Positions 20,003 to 28,697 of a stretch of DNA of 64,000 bases are shown here, piece by piece. This DNA is from a virus. The position numbers and the translations under genes were made by a program. The stretch spans positions 117,261 through 181,260 of the IMG/VR virus record IMGVR_UViG_3300021963_009993; one strand, written 5' to 3'. The notes under the pieces were generated by a model. The model had not been told where the DNA came from and did not search any database. It worked only from the letters and a program-made list of their open reading frames with translations. Position 1 is the stretch's first letter. The number at the start of each line of letters is the position of its first letter.

Positions 20003-20701
20003 TTAATCTACACCAAGTATTTCCTTGACTGACTTCTTTTTGTTTGGTTCTGGCTTGTTATCAACTGGTTGGTTGATCTTTGGTTTTTGATTTGCAACCT
20101 TTTTGAAGTAGAGTTGCCACATTTCTGATGCTGTTGACTTGGATTCAGCCTCATCATCAAATGGGCCTAGATCAACTTCATCATTGAATTTGTCTTTGGC
20201 AATTTTGATGCAGCTATTTCTTGCCTCTTTAACGACCAAAGGATTTTCATCATTTAGTAGTTTGAACAAGCATTCGTTTGAATCATTTTTAAGACCAAAA
20301 TAGACAGCAGCAGCTGCTCTATTGGTTGGAGATTTGGCATGAACAGCAGCTTCTACCATGTTATTGTCATCGATTTTAAGCAAAGATTTTGCCATAGCCT
20401 TATATGGTGCATTGTTGTTTACAGTAAGGCTATTGCTTTGCTCTTTTTCTGGTATTGGTGGGAATAGGGTATTTGCGTAAGGGAATGAGTTTTTGCCTCT
20501 ATTTTCTGGCAAGGCATTAAAAGCTGGTGTGTCTGCACCAGTAAGTTTTTTCACAAGTGCTTTGAATTCAGGGCTTTCGGTGTTGTGGAATCCTTGACCA
20601 AGGACTTCTGGTACTGGAGCGTTTCAACCCGCAGCAGCTTTTTGGGTATAAACATTAAGATAAATTAATGATGCAACTACAGCAAATAGAATCTTTCGCA
20701 T
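20003..20701 (-). CDS. Exported HEAT-repeat-like protein with an in-frame TGA at codon 26 (recoded or pseudogene)
   Basis: GAGG RBS and ATG 20701 give MRKILFAVVASLIYLNVYTQKAAAG-TGA(20626-20624)-NAPVPEV..., in frame with the 20554 ORF; LLNDENPLVVKEA is HEAT-like. Confidence 0.65.
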
Positions 20702-20786
20702 TTGTGCCTCGTACTTTAATTTTTAATCGAACAGGGATATCCCCAAATACATACTACGCATTCCAATCTATAGTTCAAAAAATTTT

Positions 20787-21323
20787 TTAATTTTTTTTTG
20801 AAAAATCATGATATCTTTTGATATACATTGATGTCATGTCCATATCGATTTCATTACTACTTTTAAGGAGTAGTATTTTTTTATTTTCGTTTTCAAAATC
20901 TGGGCTGCAACTCCAAGTGGTTTTTTTGATTCCTACTGCGTCGATTAATTTTTGGCAGTTTTTACATGGTTTAGCTATGCGGAAATTTCCATGCCAATTG
21001 ATTCTGAGGCTGAGTATTTCTATTTGTCTATCTATATTTTCTGTTCCCAGTTTGATGATGAGATCGCTTTCTGCATGTAGGTATGGGAAATGAATCCACT
21101 TTTCGATTCCATATATTTTGGCGATTGAAAATACTTTGGATGAAGTTGTATCGGGTTTATTTTTTCCAATTTCTATGATTTTATTTTTTTTAATTGCGAA
21201 GGCGTAGTGGTAGTTTGGTCTGCTTTTGTTGTTGTTCCAATTTGTGTAAAGGATTTTTACACATTGTTGTATGACAGATTCTTTCATAACAAAATATTGT
21301 ATCTTTTTTATAGAAACTGTCAA
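20787..21323 (-). CDS. Cytidine/dCMP deaminase-like zinc protein
   Basis: LHAESD and AKPCKNC motifs. Confidence 0.8.
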   Translation of the reverse strand: MTVSIKKIQYFVMKESVIQQCVKILYTNWNNNKSRPNYHYAFAIKKNKIIEIGKNKPDTTSSKVFSIAKIYGIEKWIHFPYLHAESDLIIKLGTENIDRQIEILSLRINWHGNFRIAKPCKNCQKLIDAVGIKKTTWSCSPDFENENKKILLLKSSNEIDMDMTSMYIKRYHDFSKKN

Positions 21324-21365
21324 ATAGTTGTAACTAACTACCTTATATAAGTGAGGAGAAAAGCC

Positions 21366-21842
21366 ATGAGTAAAAAATTATGTTTCTTAAAATGGTGGCT
21401 TTTAAATATAGTTGTATTTATTTGCTTTATTATTTGTGCCAAGGTTGGTGTTATTACTGCAATTTATGAAAAGGATGCGAGTTTTCTTTGTTTTGTAATC
21501 ATGTTTATTTACATTTTGTGTAGTGCGTTCAATGGTTTTGTGGCTGACGATTTGGATAAGAATAAAACTTCTTCAACGGAAAAAAACCTTGAGTATGGTT
21601 GGTTTTTTTCTGAGTTTTGTCTTTCCTTGGGGATGATAGGCACAGTTGTCGGATTCATAATGATGCTTGCGGATTTTGCCAATGCTGATGCAAACAATTT
21701 ACAAAAATTGATTGGATCGATGAGTTATGGTATGAGTACTGCTTTGTATACGACATTGTGTGGTTTAATTTTTGGCAATTTGTTGAAGCTTCAATGTTTT
21801 GACATGCAAAAAACATTAGAAAAGAAGAATGATGAAACATAA
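21366..21842 (+). CDS. MotA/TolQ/ExbB-like proton-channel membrane protein
   Basis: Four hydrophobic segments; LGMIGTVVGF and GMSTALYTTLCGL. Confidence 0.8.
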   Translation: MSKKLCFLKWWLLNIVVFICFIICAKVGVITAIYEKDASFLCFVIMFIYILCSAFNGFVADDLDKNKTSSTEKNLEYGWFFSEFCLSLGMIGTVVGFIMMLADFANADANNLQKLIGSMSYGMSTALYTTLCGLIFGNLLKLQCFDMQKTLEKKNDET

Positions 21843-22440
21843 AAACTATAGTTCCCAGACTAGTTTTCTTGATTTATTATTTAATTCACTTTTGGCATTC
21901 GTTGCATTTTTTGCTTTGGCTATTTTGATGATCAAAAAACAGGATGTTGAAACGCCATCGAGTGTCAACAAAGTTGAGTATATGGTTAGTGCTGTTTGGC
22001 CACCGGATTTAAACAATGACATTGACCTGTATATGGCAGATCCTTTGGGAAATATAGTTTATTTTAATAGGCGTGAAGATGGATTAATGCATTTGGATAG
22101 AGATGATGTGGGTACGAAAAACGATGAGATTAGTTTGCCTGACGGTAGTAAGTTTGTTTACAAAGAAAATCGTGAAATAATAAACATTCGTGGAATAGTT
22201 CCCGGTGAATATATTGTCAACATTCATGTCTTTAGCATAAGGGACAAGGGTAAGCCAACTCCTGTTACTGTTAAATTGGAAAAAATGAATCCTTATAAAA
22301 CGGTCATGGTAAAAGAAATTGTTTTGAATGAGACTGGAGAAGAAAAGACTGTGTTTCGTTTTATTGTTGACAAGAATGGTAATATCACATCAATCAAGGA
22401 AGAACCGCAGAAGAATATGGTGGGAAAAATCAAAAGGTGA
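21829..22440 (+). CDS. Single-pass partner of the ExbB-like protein (ExbD-like N-terminus, YfaP-like beta domain)
   Basis: SFLDLLFNSLLAFV transmembrane segment with Asp; NDIDLY..DP.G...HLDRDD...PGEY.VNIH. Confidence 0.6.
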   Translation: MMKHKNYSSQTSFLDLLFNSLLAFVAFFALAILMIKKQDVETPSSVNKVEYMVSAVWPPDLNNDIDLYMADPLGNIVYFNRREDGLMHLDRDDVGTKNDEISLPDGSKFVYKENREIINIRGIVPGEYIVNIHVFSIRDKGKPTPVTVKLEKMNPYKTVMVKEIVLNETGEEKTVFRFIVDKNGNITSIKEEPQKNMVGKIKR

Positions 22441-22443
22441 TTA

Positions 22444-22977
22444 ATGTTTAGTACACTTTTGTTTCCGATGTTATTTCTAATAATTTCTGTGCTTTTGTTA
22501 TGGGTAATTTTGGGATGCAAAGGGCATTGGTCTTTGAAATATTGGATAATAAATTTCACGATATTATTTGTTTTATTTTTTTGGGAAAGTGTCAATTCAT
22601 ATACAGGTTGGGCTACTGAAAACAGGATGCCTAAACAAGCAAGATTTTTAAGTTTTTATCCAGATGAACCAAAATGGCTTTTTGTAATTTTGCAGAAGGA
22701 TTGGTCTAAAGAAAAAAGAACAAACATTTTTGATTTAGTTGGTGCTAGGTCTGGTGATGAACCAAGGCTGTACAAATTACCATATGACAGGGAAACGCAT
22801 GAAAAAATGGAAAAGGCTATGGATAAAGTTCGTAGCGGTCAATATGTGTTGATTTCTTCTGGACTTGATGAAAACGGCAAGGAGATCAAAAAGAAATCAA
22901 ATAATTCTATGACTAGAGATGATGTTCCAAATTTTTATGTTTTGCCACCAGAGAAGTTTATAAAGAAACCAGATTAG
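22444..22977 (+). CDS. Membrane protein, third gene of the ExbB-like trio
   Basis: Two N-terminal transmembrane helices; EPRLYKLPY. Confidence 0.65.
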   Translation: MFSTLLFPMLFLIISVLLLWVILGCKGHWSLKYWIINFTILFVLFFWESVNSYTGWATENRMPKQARFLSFYPDEPKWLFVILQKDWSKEKRTNIFDLVGARSGDEPRLYKLPYDRETHEKMEKAMDKVRSGQYVLISSGLDENGKEIKKKSNNSMTRDDVPNFYVLPPEKFIKKPD

Positions 22978-23141
22978 TTTTTCTTTTTTTCTTTTTCGCC
23001 AGTAATTAGTGGAATCTTGGGGTCTTTGTTTTTGCAACCTTTTGGTTTTGCTCCCCAAACTTGGAAATCTGGACCACCGCAAGATGGGCCAACTACGAAA
23101 GCTTCATTTTTTGATTCCAGCCATTCTGTAAATGTCTTCAT
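22974..23141 (-). CDS. Small protein with capsid-targeting-like N-terminus (55 aa, MKTFTEWLESKNEAFVVGPSCGG...)
   Basis: Manual translation; below ORF-track cutoff. Confidence 0.65.
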   Translation of the reverse strand: MKTFTEWLESKNEAFVVGPSCGGPDFQVWGAKPKGCKNKDPKIPLITGEKEKKKN

Positions 23142-23158
23142 GGAATTATATATAAATC

Positions 23159-23410
23159 ATGCTTAAATTAAGTTTCAAAGAATTCTTCTTGATGGAAGAT
23201 GGTGGTGTTGGGGGAAACCCTGGATCACCATTCACACTTCGACCAAGTTGGCTGAATGGTAAGAGTAAATTAGACAATAGTGGTTGTGGTGGAGGACCGG
23301 GTAAATGTCCCGAGATAAAATCAAAAGGATGTAGTGGTGGTCCCGGCCCTTGTCCAGCAGATGCTTCTTTGGGTGGTGGATCAGCAGCAGCCACTCCAGC
23401 TGCTAAATAG
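23159..23410 (+). CDS. Gly/Pro/Cys-rich small protein with capsid-targeting-like N-terminus (MLKLSFKEFFLMED)
   Basis: 83 aa ORF. Confidence 0.65.
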   Translation: MLKLSFKEFFLMEDGGVGGNPGSPFTLRPSWLNGKSKLDNSGCGGGPGKCPEIKSKGCSGGPGPCPADASLGGGSAAATPAAK

Positions 23411-23996
23411 TTGTAGAAAAACTCATGATAAATAACATTTCATTGCAACTTATAACTGAGTTTTCATCTTTATCAAATTGATAATTTGTAAAATAAGCAT
23501 TATCTATCTGTAATATCTCATGTATTCCATTTGCTGTTAGTGCAAGACTTGTTGACTGGTTGTTTTTCTGCATATCCAGACAATTGTCGTATATTTTTTT
23601 GAATTTATTTATATTTTCTTCATTTTTTTGGCAAATCGCAAACAACAAACCATTTTTTTTGTTTGTTTCATTATACACAGAAATGTTATTTACATAATAT
23701 GAGTGTTTTTGACTATTTAATCTGATATAAAGTTCCATATCTTTCATATCATCTAAATAGGCATTTTTATACCAAAATTCTACTATATTAAAGGGGGTGG
23801 CGACATAAATATTATGTGGTAATCCTTGCAGGGTGAACGACTCAGCATTTGCTGATGATTTTATTTTTCTATCTGGCTTGAATGATTGAGAGGTATAATT
23901 TGGCCAAGAATAGGGGAAGAAATCGTTTAAGTCAGATGTGATGTTATCATCCCAAGAATAAGTTAGATTGGGATAAATTCTTTCGGTTTTGAGCAT
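23403..23996 (-). CDS. Hypothetical protein
   Basis: 197 aa ORF. Confidence 0.65.
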   Translation of the reverse strand: MLKTERIYPNLTYSWDDNITSDLNDFFPYSWPNYTSQSFKPDRKIKSSANAESFTLQGLPHNIYVATPFNIVEFWYKNAYLDDMKDMELYIRLNSQKHSYYVNNISVYNETNKKNGLLFAICQKNEENINKFKKIYDNCLDMQKNNQSTSLALTANGIHEILQIDNAYFTNYQFDKDENSVISCNEMLFIMSFSTTI

Positions 23997-24020
23997 GAAT
24001 CACCTATTTAAGGGGGTAAA

Positions 24021-24581
24021 TTGGCAGATATTAAAAAAATCAAGCCAAATGCTATCAAAGTAATTTTACCCGAAGTTCAACAAAAAACCCACTTTTCTTG
24101 TGGTGCAGCTGTAGTACATTCCGTTTGTGCTTATTGGGGATTAGGACTCGATTCCCATTATGATTATTTTCCTTATCTGGAAACAGATGAAGCTTATGGC
24201 ACATTGCCTGACAAGATTGTTAGTTATTTAAAAGAAGTTGGTTTGAATTGCAACATTCAATACAACATGACAATTAAGAATTTATGTTTAGAGCTAGACA
24301 AGGGTCGTCCGGTGATTGTTGCTGTTCAGGCTTGGGGTAGCAGCAAAATGTATAGCAAATTTGGAAATGGTCATTATTTGGTTGCCATAGGTTATGACAA
24401 ACAAAATATATTTTTTGAAGATCCTTGGTTGAATTGTTCCAGAGGTTACATTTCAAAAAAAGATTTTCTGAAAAGGTGGCATGATATGGATTTCAAGTCA
24501 AAAATACATGAGAAAATGGGAATAGTAGTTTGGCATAGGAAGAATCCACTTTATAATTTTGCAGCAAAAAAGATTAAGTAG
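24021..24581 (+). CDS. C39-like cysteine peptidase
   Basis: QQKTHFSCGAA, GHYLVAIGYD, EDP triad pattern. Confidence 0.85.
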   Translation: MADIKKIKPNAIKVILPEVQQKTHFSCGAAVVHSVCAYWGLGLDSHYDYFPYLETDEAYGTLPDKIVSYLKEVGLNCNIQYNMTIKNLCLELDKGRPVIVAVQAWGSSKMYSKFGNGHYLVAIGYDKQNIFFEDPWLNCSRGYISKKDFLKRWHDMDFKSKIHEKMGIVVWHRKNPLYNFAAKKIK

Positions 24582-25173
24582 TTTTTCTCATGTATGCTGG
24601 CATACATGGTGATATTAATCTGATGAATTTATCTCTGCTTTTTTCTTCAAAATTTATTATTTTACTACCACCAAATTTTTTTATCACACAAGGCATATCA
24701 ATAATATTAAAATATTCTTTTATATTATCTATGGATTCTTGATTCAGCCTACTTATTCTTATTGAACAATATTTGTTGTTCAAAAAACCTTTGTCCATAA
24801 ACCAACATGTAATCCCATAATCTTGCAATTTATCCAACAGTTCTGGCTTTATTGTTTTATTATTATTTTCGTAGCACAAATTATAAAATTCTATGAAGCA
24901 TTCTGCCGAAATAGAATTCCATCTGTAGCTATTTGAATCTTTTATAAATGATTTTTTTCTGCTTAATCTTTTTAGTTCTTCTGCTTTGCATCTAATCCAA
25001 TTTCCACCTTTAGAAATGGATTCACGCATTTGAAAATGTGGGTTAAGTGATTTTGCTGGTTTTATGATACTTGAGTTTCCAAGTATAGAACCCAAGACAA
25101 CCTGTTTTTCTCTGTTGGTTAAAACAAGCTGTTTGGGTTCCTGATTATTGTTTTGCCAATCATCTATTTGCAT
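24574..25173 (-). CDS. LAGLIDADG-2-family protein with degenerate catalytic motifs
   Basis: LTNREKQVVLGSILGNSSI and CWFMDKGF (canonical LGDG / MDDG). Confidence 0.7.
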   Translation of the reverse strand: MQIDDWQNNNQEPKQLVLTNREKQVVLGSILGNSSIIKPAKSLNPHFQMRESISKGGNWIRCKAEELKRLSRKKSFIKDSNSYRWNSISAECFIEFYNLCYENNNKTIKPELLDKLQDYGITCWFMDKGFLNNKYCSIRISRLNQESIDNIKEYFNIIDMPCVIKKFGGSKIINFEEKSRDKFIRLISPCMPAYMRKTT

Positions 25174-26099
25174 TAAATTATCCAGCGCAACTTCCTCATT
25201 GGAAATCCTACTACTGTAGAAAATGCGAAGCTGTCTTTTTGTGAAAGCATTCTGTTAATGACTGATGCGTCTGCATAAAATCCTTCTGGTCCCGGTTCTC
25301 CCGGTCCTACTGGGCCGGAATGTGCATTTGCACCCCAAGAGTTGTCTATTCTACCATATTCTTTTCCATCTATTGTTGTAAAACCAGCTAGACACATGCA
25401 ATGCGCCCAAGAGCCGCTAGCTCTTGCTATGCCATTTTCTCCTCTTCGCATAGAAAATCCTTGGTCGCTGGAGATTGCTATTCCATAGCCTTGTGAGAGT
25501 GCTTTTTTAGCTTGTTCCCAGTTTATTACTGGAACTATATCTTGGACTGGATGTAATTTAATTTCTGGTTCTAAATCATTTGGAACACCGTTCCAACCCC
25601 AATCACGACACCTTGACTCTGAATATACTGACAAGTCATATTTTCCATGTATACCTCTATTAATTATTCCATATTTTTTAACCCAGTCGGCAGCCCAAGC
25701 ACCGATTGAACCATCGGATCTACCTAAACGCCTGCCACCAATTTCAACTCTGCTGCCTCCGTAAACCGATTCTTCGACAGTTTTTTTAAACTCTTCTACT
25801 GCACCTTCAACTATTTGAACACATAGAGTATACTCTATTGCTCTACTTGTGCCAAAAGAAACACAACTGCCAATTTGTCCTTGATTTTGTGGTGGCAAAA
25901 GATTGCCTGTCGCTTTCTTAGCATAATCCCACAAATAAAAATGATCTGGGACATCACCTTCAGCTAAGTTAAATGCAGGTGTTTCACCAAAACTTCTATA
26001 AGGTAGTGTTGATACTACTGCCTCAACTGCCTCTGGATCATTAACCCATCCAAAAGCAACATCAGGTGGCAAGCTTTCGTTTTCTTCGTAATTATCCAT
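25173..26099 (-). CDS. Papain-like (C1A) cysteine protease
   Basis: NQGQIGSCVSFG, WAHCM, DNSWG. Confidence 0.88.
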   Translation of the reverse strand: MDNYEENESLPPDVAFGWVNDPEAVEAVVSTLPYRSFGETPAFNLAEGDVPDHFYLWDYAKKATGNLLPPQNQGQIGSCVSFGTSRAIEYTLCVQIVEGAVEEFKKTVEESVYGGSRVEIGGRRLGRSDGSIGAWAADWVKKYGIINRGIHGKYDLSVYSESRCRDWGWNGVPNDLEPEIKLHPVQDIVPVINWEQAKKALSQGYGIAISSDQGFSMRRGENGIARASGSWAHCMCLAGFTTIDGKEYGRIDNSWGANAHSGPVGPGEPGPEGFYADASVINRMLSQKDSFAFSTVVGFPMRKLRWII

Positions 26100-26802
26100 T
26101 TAAACCTCCCAATACTTTAGTTACTCTTGCAAATGTATCTTTGCATTTTTTTCTTAATTCTGGCGTTAGTTGTGCGTTTGGATCAGTACCTAATACTTTG
26201 TCTAGTTCATCAGCCAAAACTTCACGCACGGGAAGAATTTTATCACCTTTCAATGATTGCACAGAAGCAGACCTGACTGCTTGATAAAGATCGCCAAGTG
26301 TTTTGTAACTAGTATTGTCTGACTCAATTACACCTAATTCATAAGCCTGTTTTAATCTTCTAACACTTTCAGCTTTGTCTGACTCTTGTAGACCACCATA
26401 AATACCTTTTACAGCATCAAACAATGGATCTACGACAGGTGGATTTGGGTCTGGATTTGGTGGTACTGGAACTGGAGGGTTTGGATTAGGGGCAGGATTC
26501 CCTACTATAATAGTTGTAAAAGCTGGTTGTGATGGGACATTATTCAAACAAGTATAAGCAAGGAGTCTGTATCTGCCTTCTTTGCTTGCTACAACAACAG
26601 TAGTTTTTTTGTCAACAAGTAAATTGCTTGGAAAAACATTTAAGCCGGGATCTAGTGAGACAAAAACTACTGTCTCACCTTTGGTTGTTGCTGTTACAGG
26701 AACAAATGCTGACACTTGAGCCTGAACTGTTTGTGGCAAAACAAGGTCTACTTGTTGATTTGTTACACAAATAATCAATCCAATAAAAAAACTTTTAAAC
26801 AT
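26092..26802 (-). CDS. Exported protein with Pro-rich linker
   Basis: Hydrophobic N-terminus; PAPNPNPPVPVPPNPDPNPP linker; overlaps the C1A gene start. Confidence 0.7.
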   Translation of the reverse strand: MFKSFFIGLIICVTNQQVDLVLPQTVQAQVSAFVPVTATTKGETVVFVSLDPGLNVFPSNLLVDKKTTVVVASKEGRYRLLAYTCLNNVPSQPAFTTIIVGNPAPNPNPPVPVPPNPDPNPPVVDPLFDAVKGIYGGLQESDKAESVRRLKQAYELGVIESDNTSYKTLGDLYQAVRSASVQSLKGDKILPVREVLADELDKVLGTDPNAQLTPELRKKCKDTFARVTKVLGGLNG

Positions 26803-26945
26803 GTTTTCACCTTTTAAGAGTATTCAAAATAATAGAATAATACTAACAAAATTATTTTTGGTATAAAATATTCCAAATGTATTAAAGTAATTAATTTGTG
26901 ACTATATCTAATAATAGTTCTTTTAATTTAACAAAGGAGATTTAC

Positions 26946-27287
26946 ATGGGAGCTACATCAGTAACAGGAAAAGGTCCAGGTTCCGCAGAAGGTCTAAATC
27001 GTGGCGCAGCTCGCCAGACATTGGGTGCTGGTCATCTAATTGGCGCACACATTGTTGCAGCTGGCTCAGTAGCTTTGGTTGCTGGTTCAGCCGTAGTTGC
27101 ACTTGGCGAACTAGTTGAAGGCGTTACCAATTATTCTTGCCATGTCACAAATAATAGTGACGCTGACGCTGTCTTTTGCTCTTTGGCAGCAGCAGTTTCT
27201 CCTAACACCGGAGTAGTTCTTACCATTACTGGTACTGCTACCGATACTGTTTCTTACATGGTTGTAAGAAACGGCGTAACCCTCTAA
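26946..27287 (+). CDS. Putative virion structural protein
   Basis: MGATSVTGKGPGSAEG; A/G/V/T-rich; AAGGAG RBS; followed by terminator. Confidence 0.65.
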   Translation: MGATSVTGKGPGSAEGLNRGAARQTLGAGHLIGAHIVAAGSVALVAGSAVVALGELVEGVTNYSCHVTNNSDADAVFCSLAAAVSPNTGVVLTITGTATDTVSYMVVRNGVTL

Positions 27288-27307
27288 TATCGTTACTAAA
27301 ATAAAGG

Positions 27308-27343
27308 AAGCGCACTTGTAGTAATTTGCAAGTGCGCTTTTTT
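27308..27343 (+). terminator. Rho-independent terminator
   Basis: AAGCGCACTTGTA-GTAATT-TGCAAGTGCGCTT followed by T run. Confidence 0.8.
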
Positions 27344-27348
27344 AATAT

Positions 27349-28440
27349 ATGCAGTATTTGATAATAGGTTCAGGCTTATATGGAAGTACGGTAGCTAGAA
27401 TTCTTGCTGATTTTGGCGAAAAAGTATTATTAATAGATAAAAGAAACCACATTGGTGGTAATTGTTATACGGAAAAAATAGATGGAATAGATGTCCATAA
27501 GTATGGACCGCATTGCTTTCATACAAATTCAGAAAAAGTTTGGCAGTTTTTAAATCGTTTCACAAAATTTAATGACTTTAAATTGCAAGTAAAAGTAAAT
27601 TACAATAATAAAATATATTCATTTCCCATAAACTTGTTCACTTTGAATCAGCTGTATAAGATACAAAATCCCAAGGAAGCAAAAGCCTTCTTTAAGAAGA
27701 AAAAAAAATTAAACATTCAAAACAATTTTGAAGAATATATTATCAGTAATTTAGGCGAGGAAATTTATCATTTATTTTACAAAGGTTATACCAAGAAACA
27801 ATGGGGTAAAGATCCAGCTGATCTGGATGTTTCATTGGCAAAAAGAATACCAATACGACTAGATTACAACGATTTTTATTTCACAGACAAATATCAAGGA
27901 GTGCCTGTAGATGGCTATACGAAAATGTTTGAAAACATGTTGGATCATCCAAACATAAAAGTTCAATTAGATTGCGATTATTTTGAAAATAAAAAAGATT
28001 TTATAAATCATAAAAAAGTTTATAGTGGTAAAATAGATGAATTTTTTGATTACAAACATGGATTTTTAGAATACAGATCATTAAAGTTTGATATTAAAAA
28101 GTTCAAGAAAACATATCAAGGAAATTCAATAATTAATTATTGCAATGAAAGTGTGCCATACACAAGGATTACAGAACACAAATACTTCTCGCAGTCAAAC
28201 AAGGAAAATACGGTTGTTTCATTTGAATATTCGGTGAATCATACAGATAAAAATATACCTTTTTATCCCATGATGGATCAAAAAAATAAGGAAAGTTTTC
28301 AGAAGTACTGGGATGATGCACGAAAAGAAAATGTTTTGTTTGGAGGAAGGTTGGGTAGATATACTTATTTAAATATGGATCAAGTTGTTGCTATGGCTAT
28401 GAAAGATTGTGAGGAAAAATTATGTCAGAGGAAAATTTAG
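27349..28440 (+). CDS. glf: UDP-galactopyranose mutase
   Basis: IIGSGLYG FAD motif, HKYGPHCFHT, YTKKQWG, YQGVP, TRITEHKYF, GRLGRY.Y.NMD. Confidence 0.93.
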   Translation: MQYLIIGSGLYGSTVARILADFGEKVLLIDKRNHIGGNCYTEKIDGIDVHKYGPHCFHTNSEKVWQFLNRFTKFNDFKLQVKVNYNNKIYSFPINLFTLNQLYKIQNPKEAKAFFKKKKKLNIQNNFEEYIISNLGEEIYHLFYKGYTKKQWGKDPADLDVSLAKRIPIRLDYNDFYFTDKYQGVPVDGYTKMFENMLDHPNIKVQLDCDYFENKKDFINHKKVYSGKIDEFFDYKHGFLEYRSLKFDIKKFKKTYQGNSIINYCNESVPYTRITEHKYFSQSNKENTVVSFEYSVNHTDKNIPFYPMMDQKNKESFQKYWDDARKENVLFGGRLGRYTYLNMDQVVAMAMKDCEEKLCQRKI

Positions 28441-28697
28441 GAAAAAAGAGATTTGAAACCAAGGTGGTTATGGGAAAAAATGGAATGCTTGAAAGACAGA
28501 TATTTATTGGTGGAGAACTACTTGACTGGGGTGTGGACTTATCCTCATTCATGGAAGCCAAGAAAATGGGACCGCAGTATATGAAAGCTATTCAGATGGA
28601 CATAGCCAAACATTTTGCTGCTAGTGTTTCTGAAGTGCTTGGCAGACATGTCAGTATGGAAGAGATTTCAGAAGCGACAAAAACTGGCTGGATTTAA
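28422..28697 (+). CDS. Hypothetical protein
   Basis: 91 aa ORF overlapping the glf end. Confidence 0.65.
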   Translation: MSEENLGKKRFETKVVMGKNGMLERQIFIGGELLDWGVDLSSFMEAKKMGPQYMKAIQMDIAKHFAASVSEVLGRHVSMEEISEATKTGWI

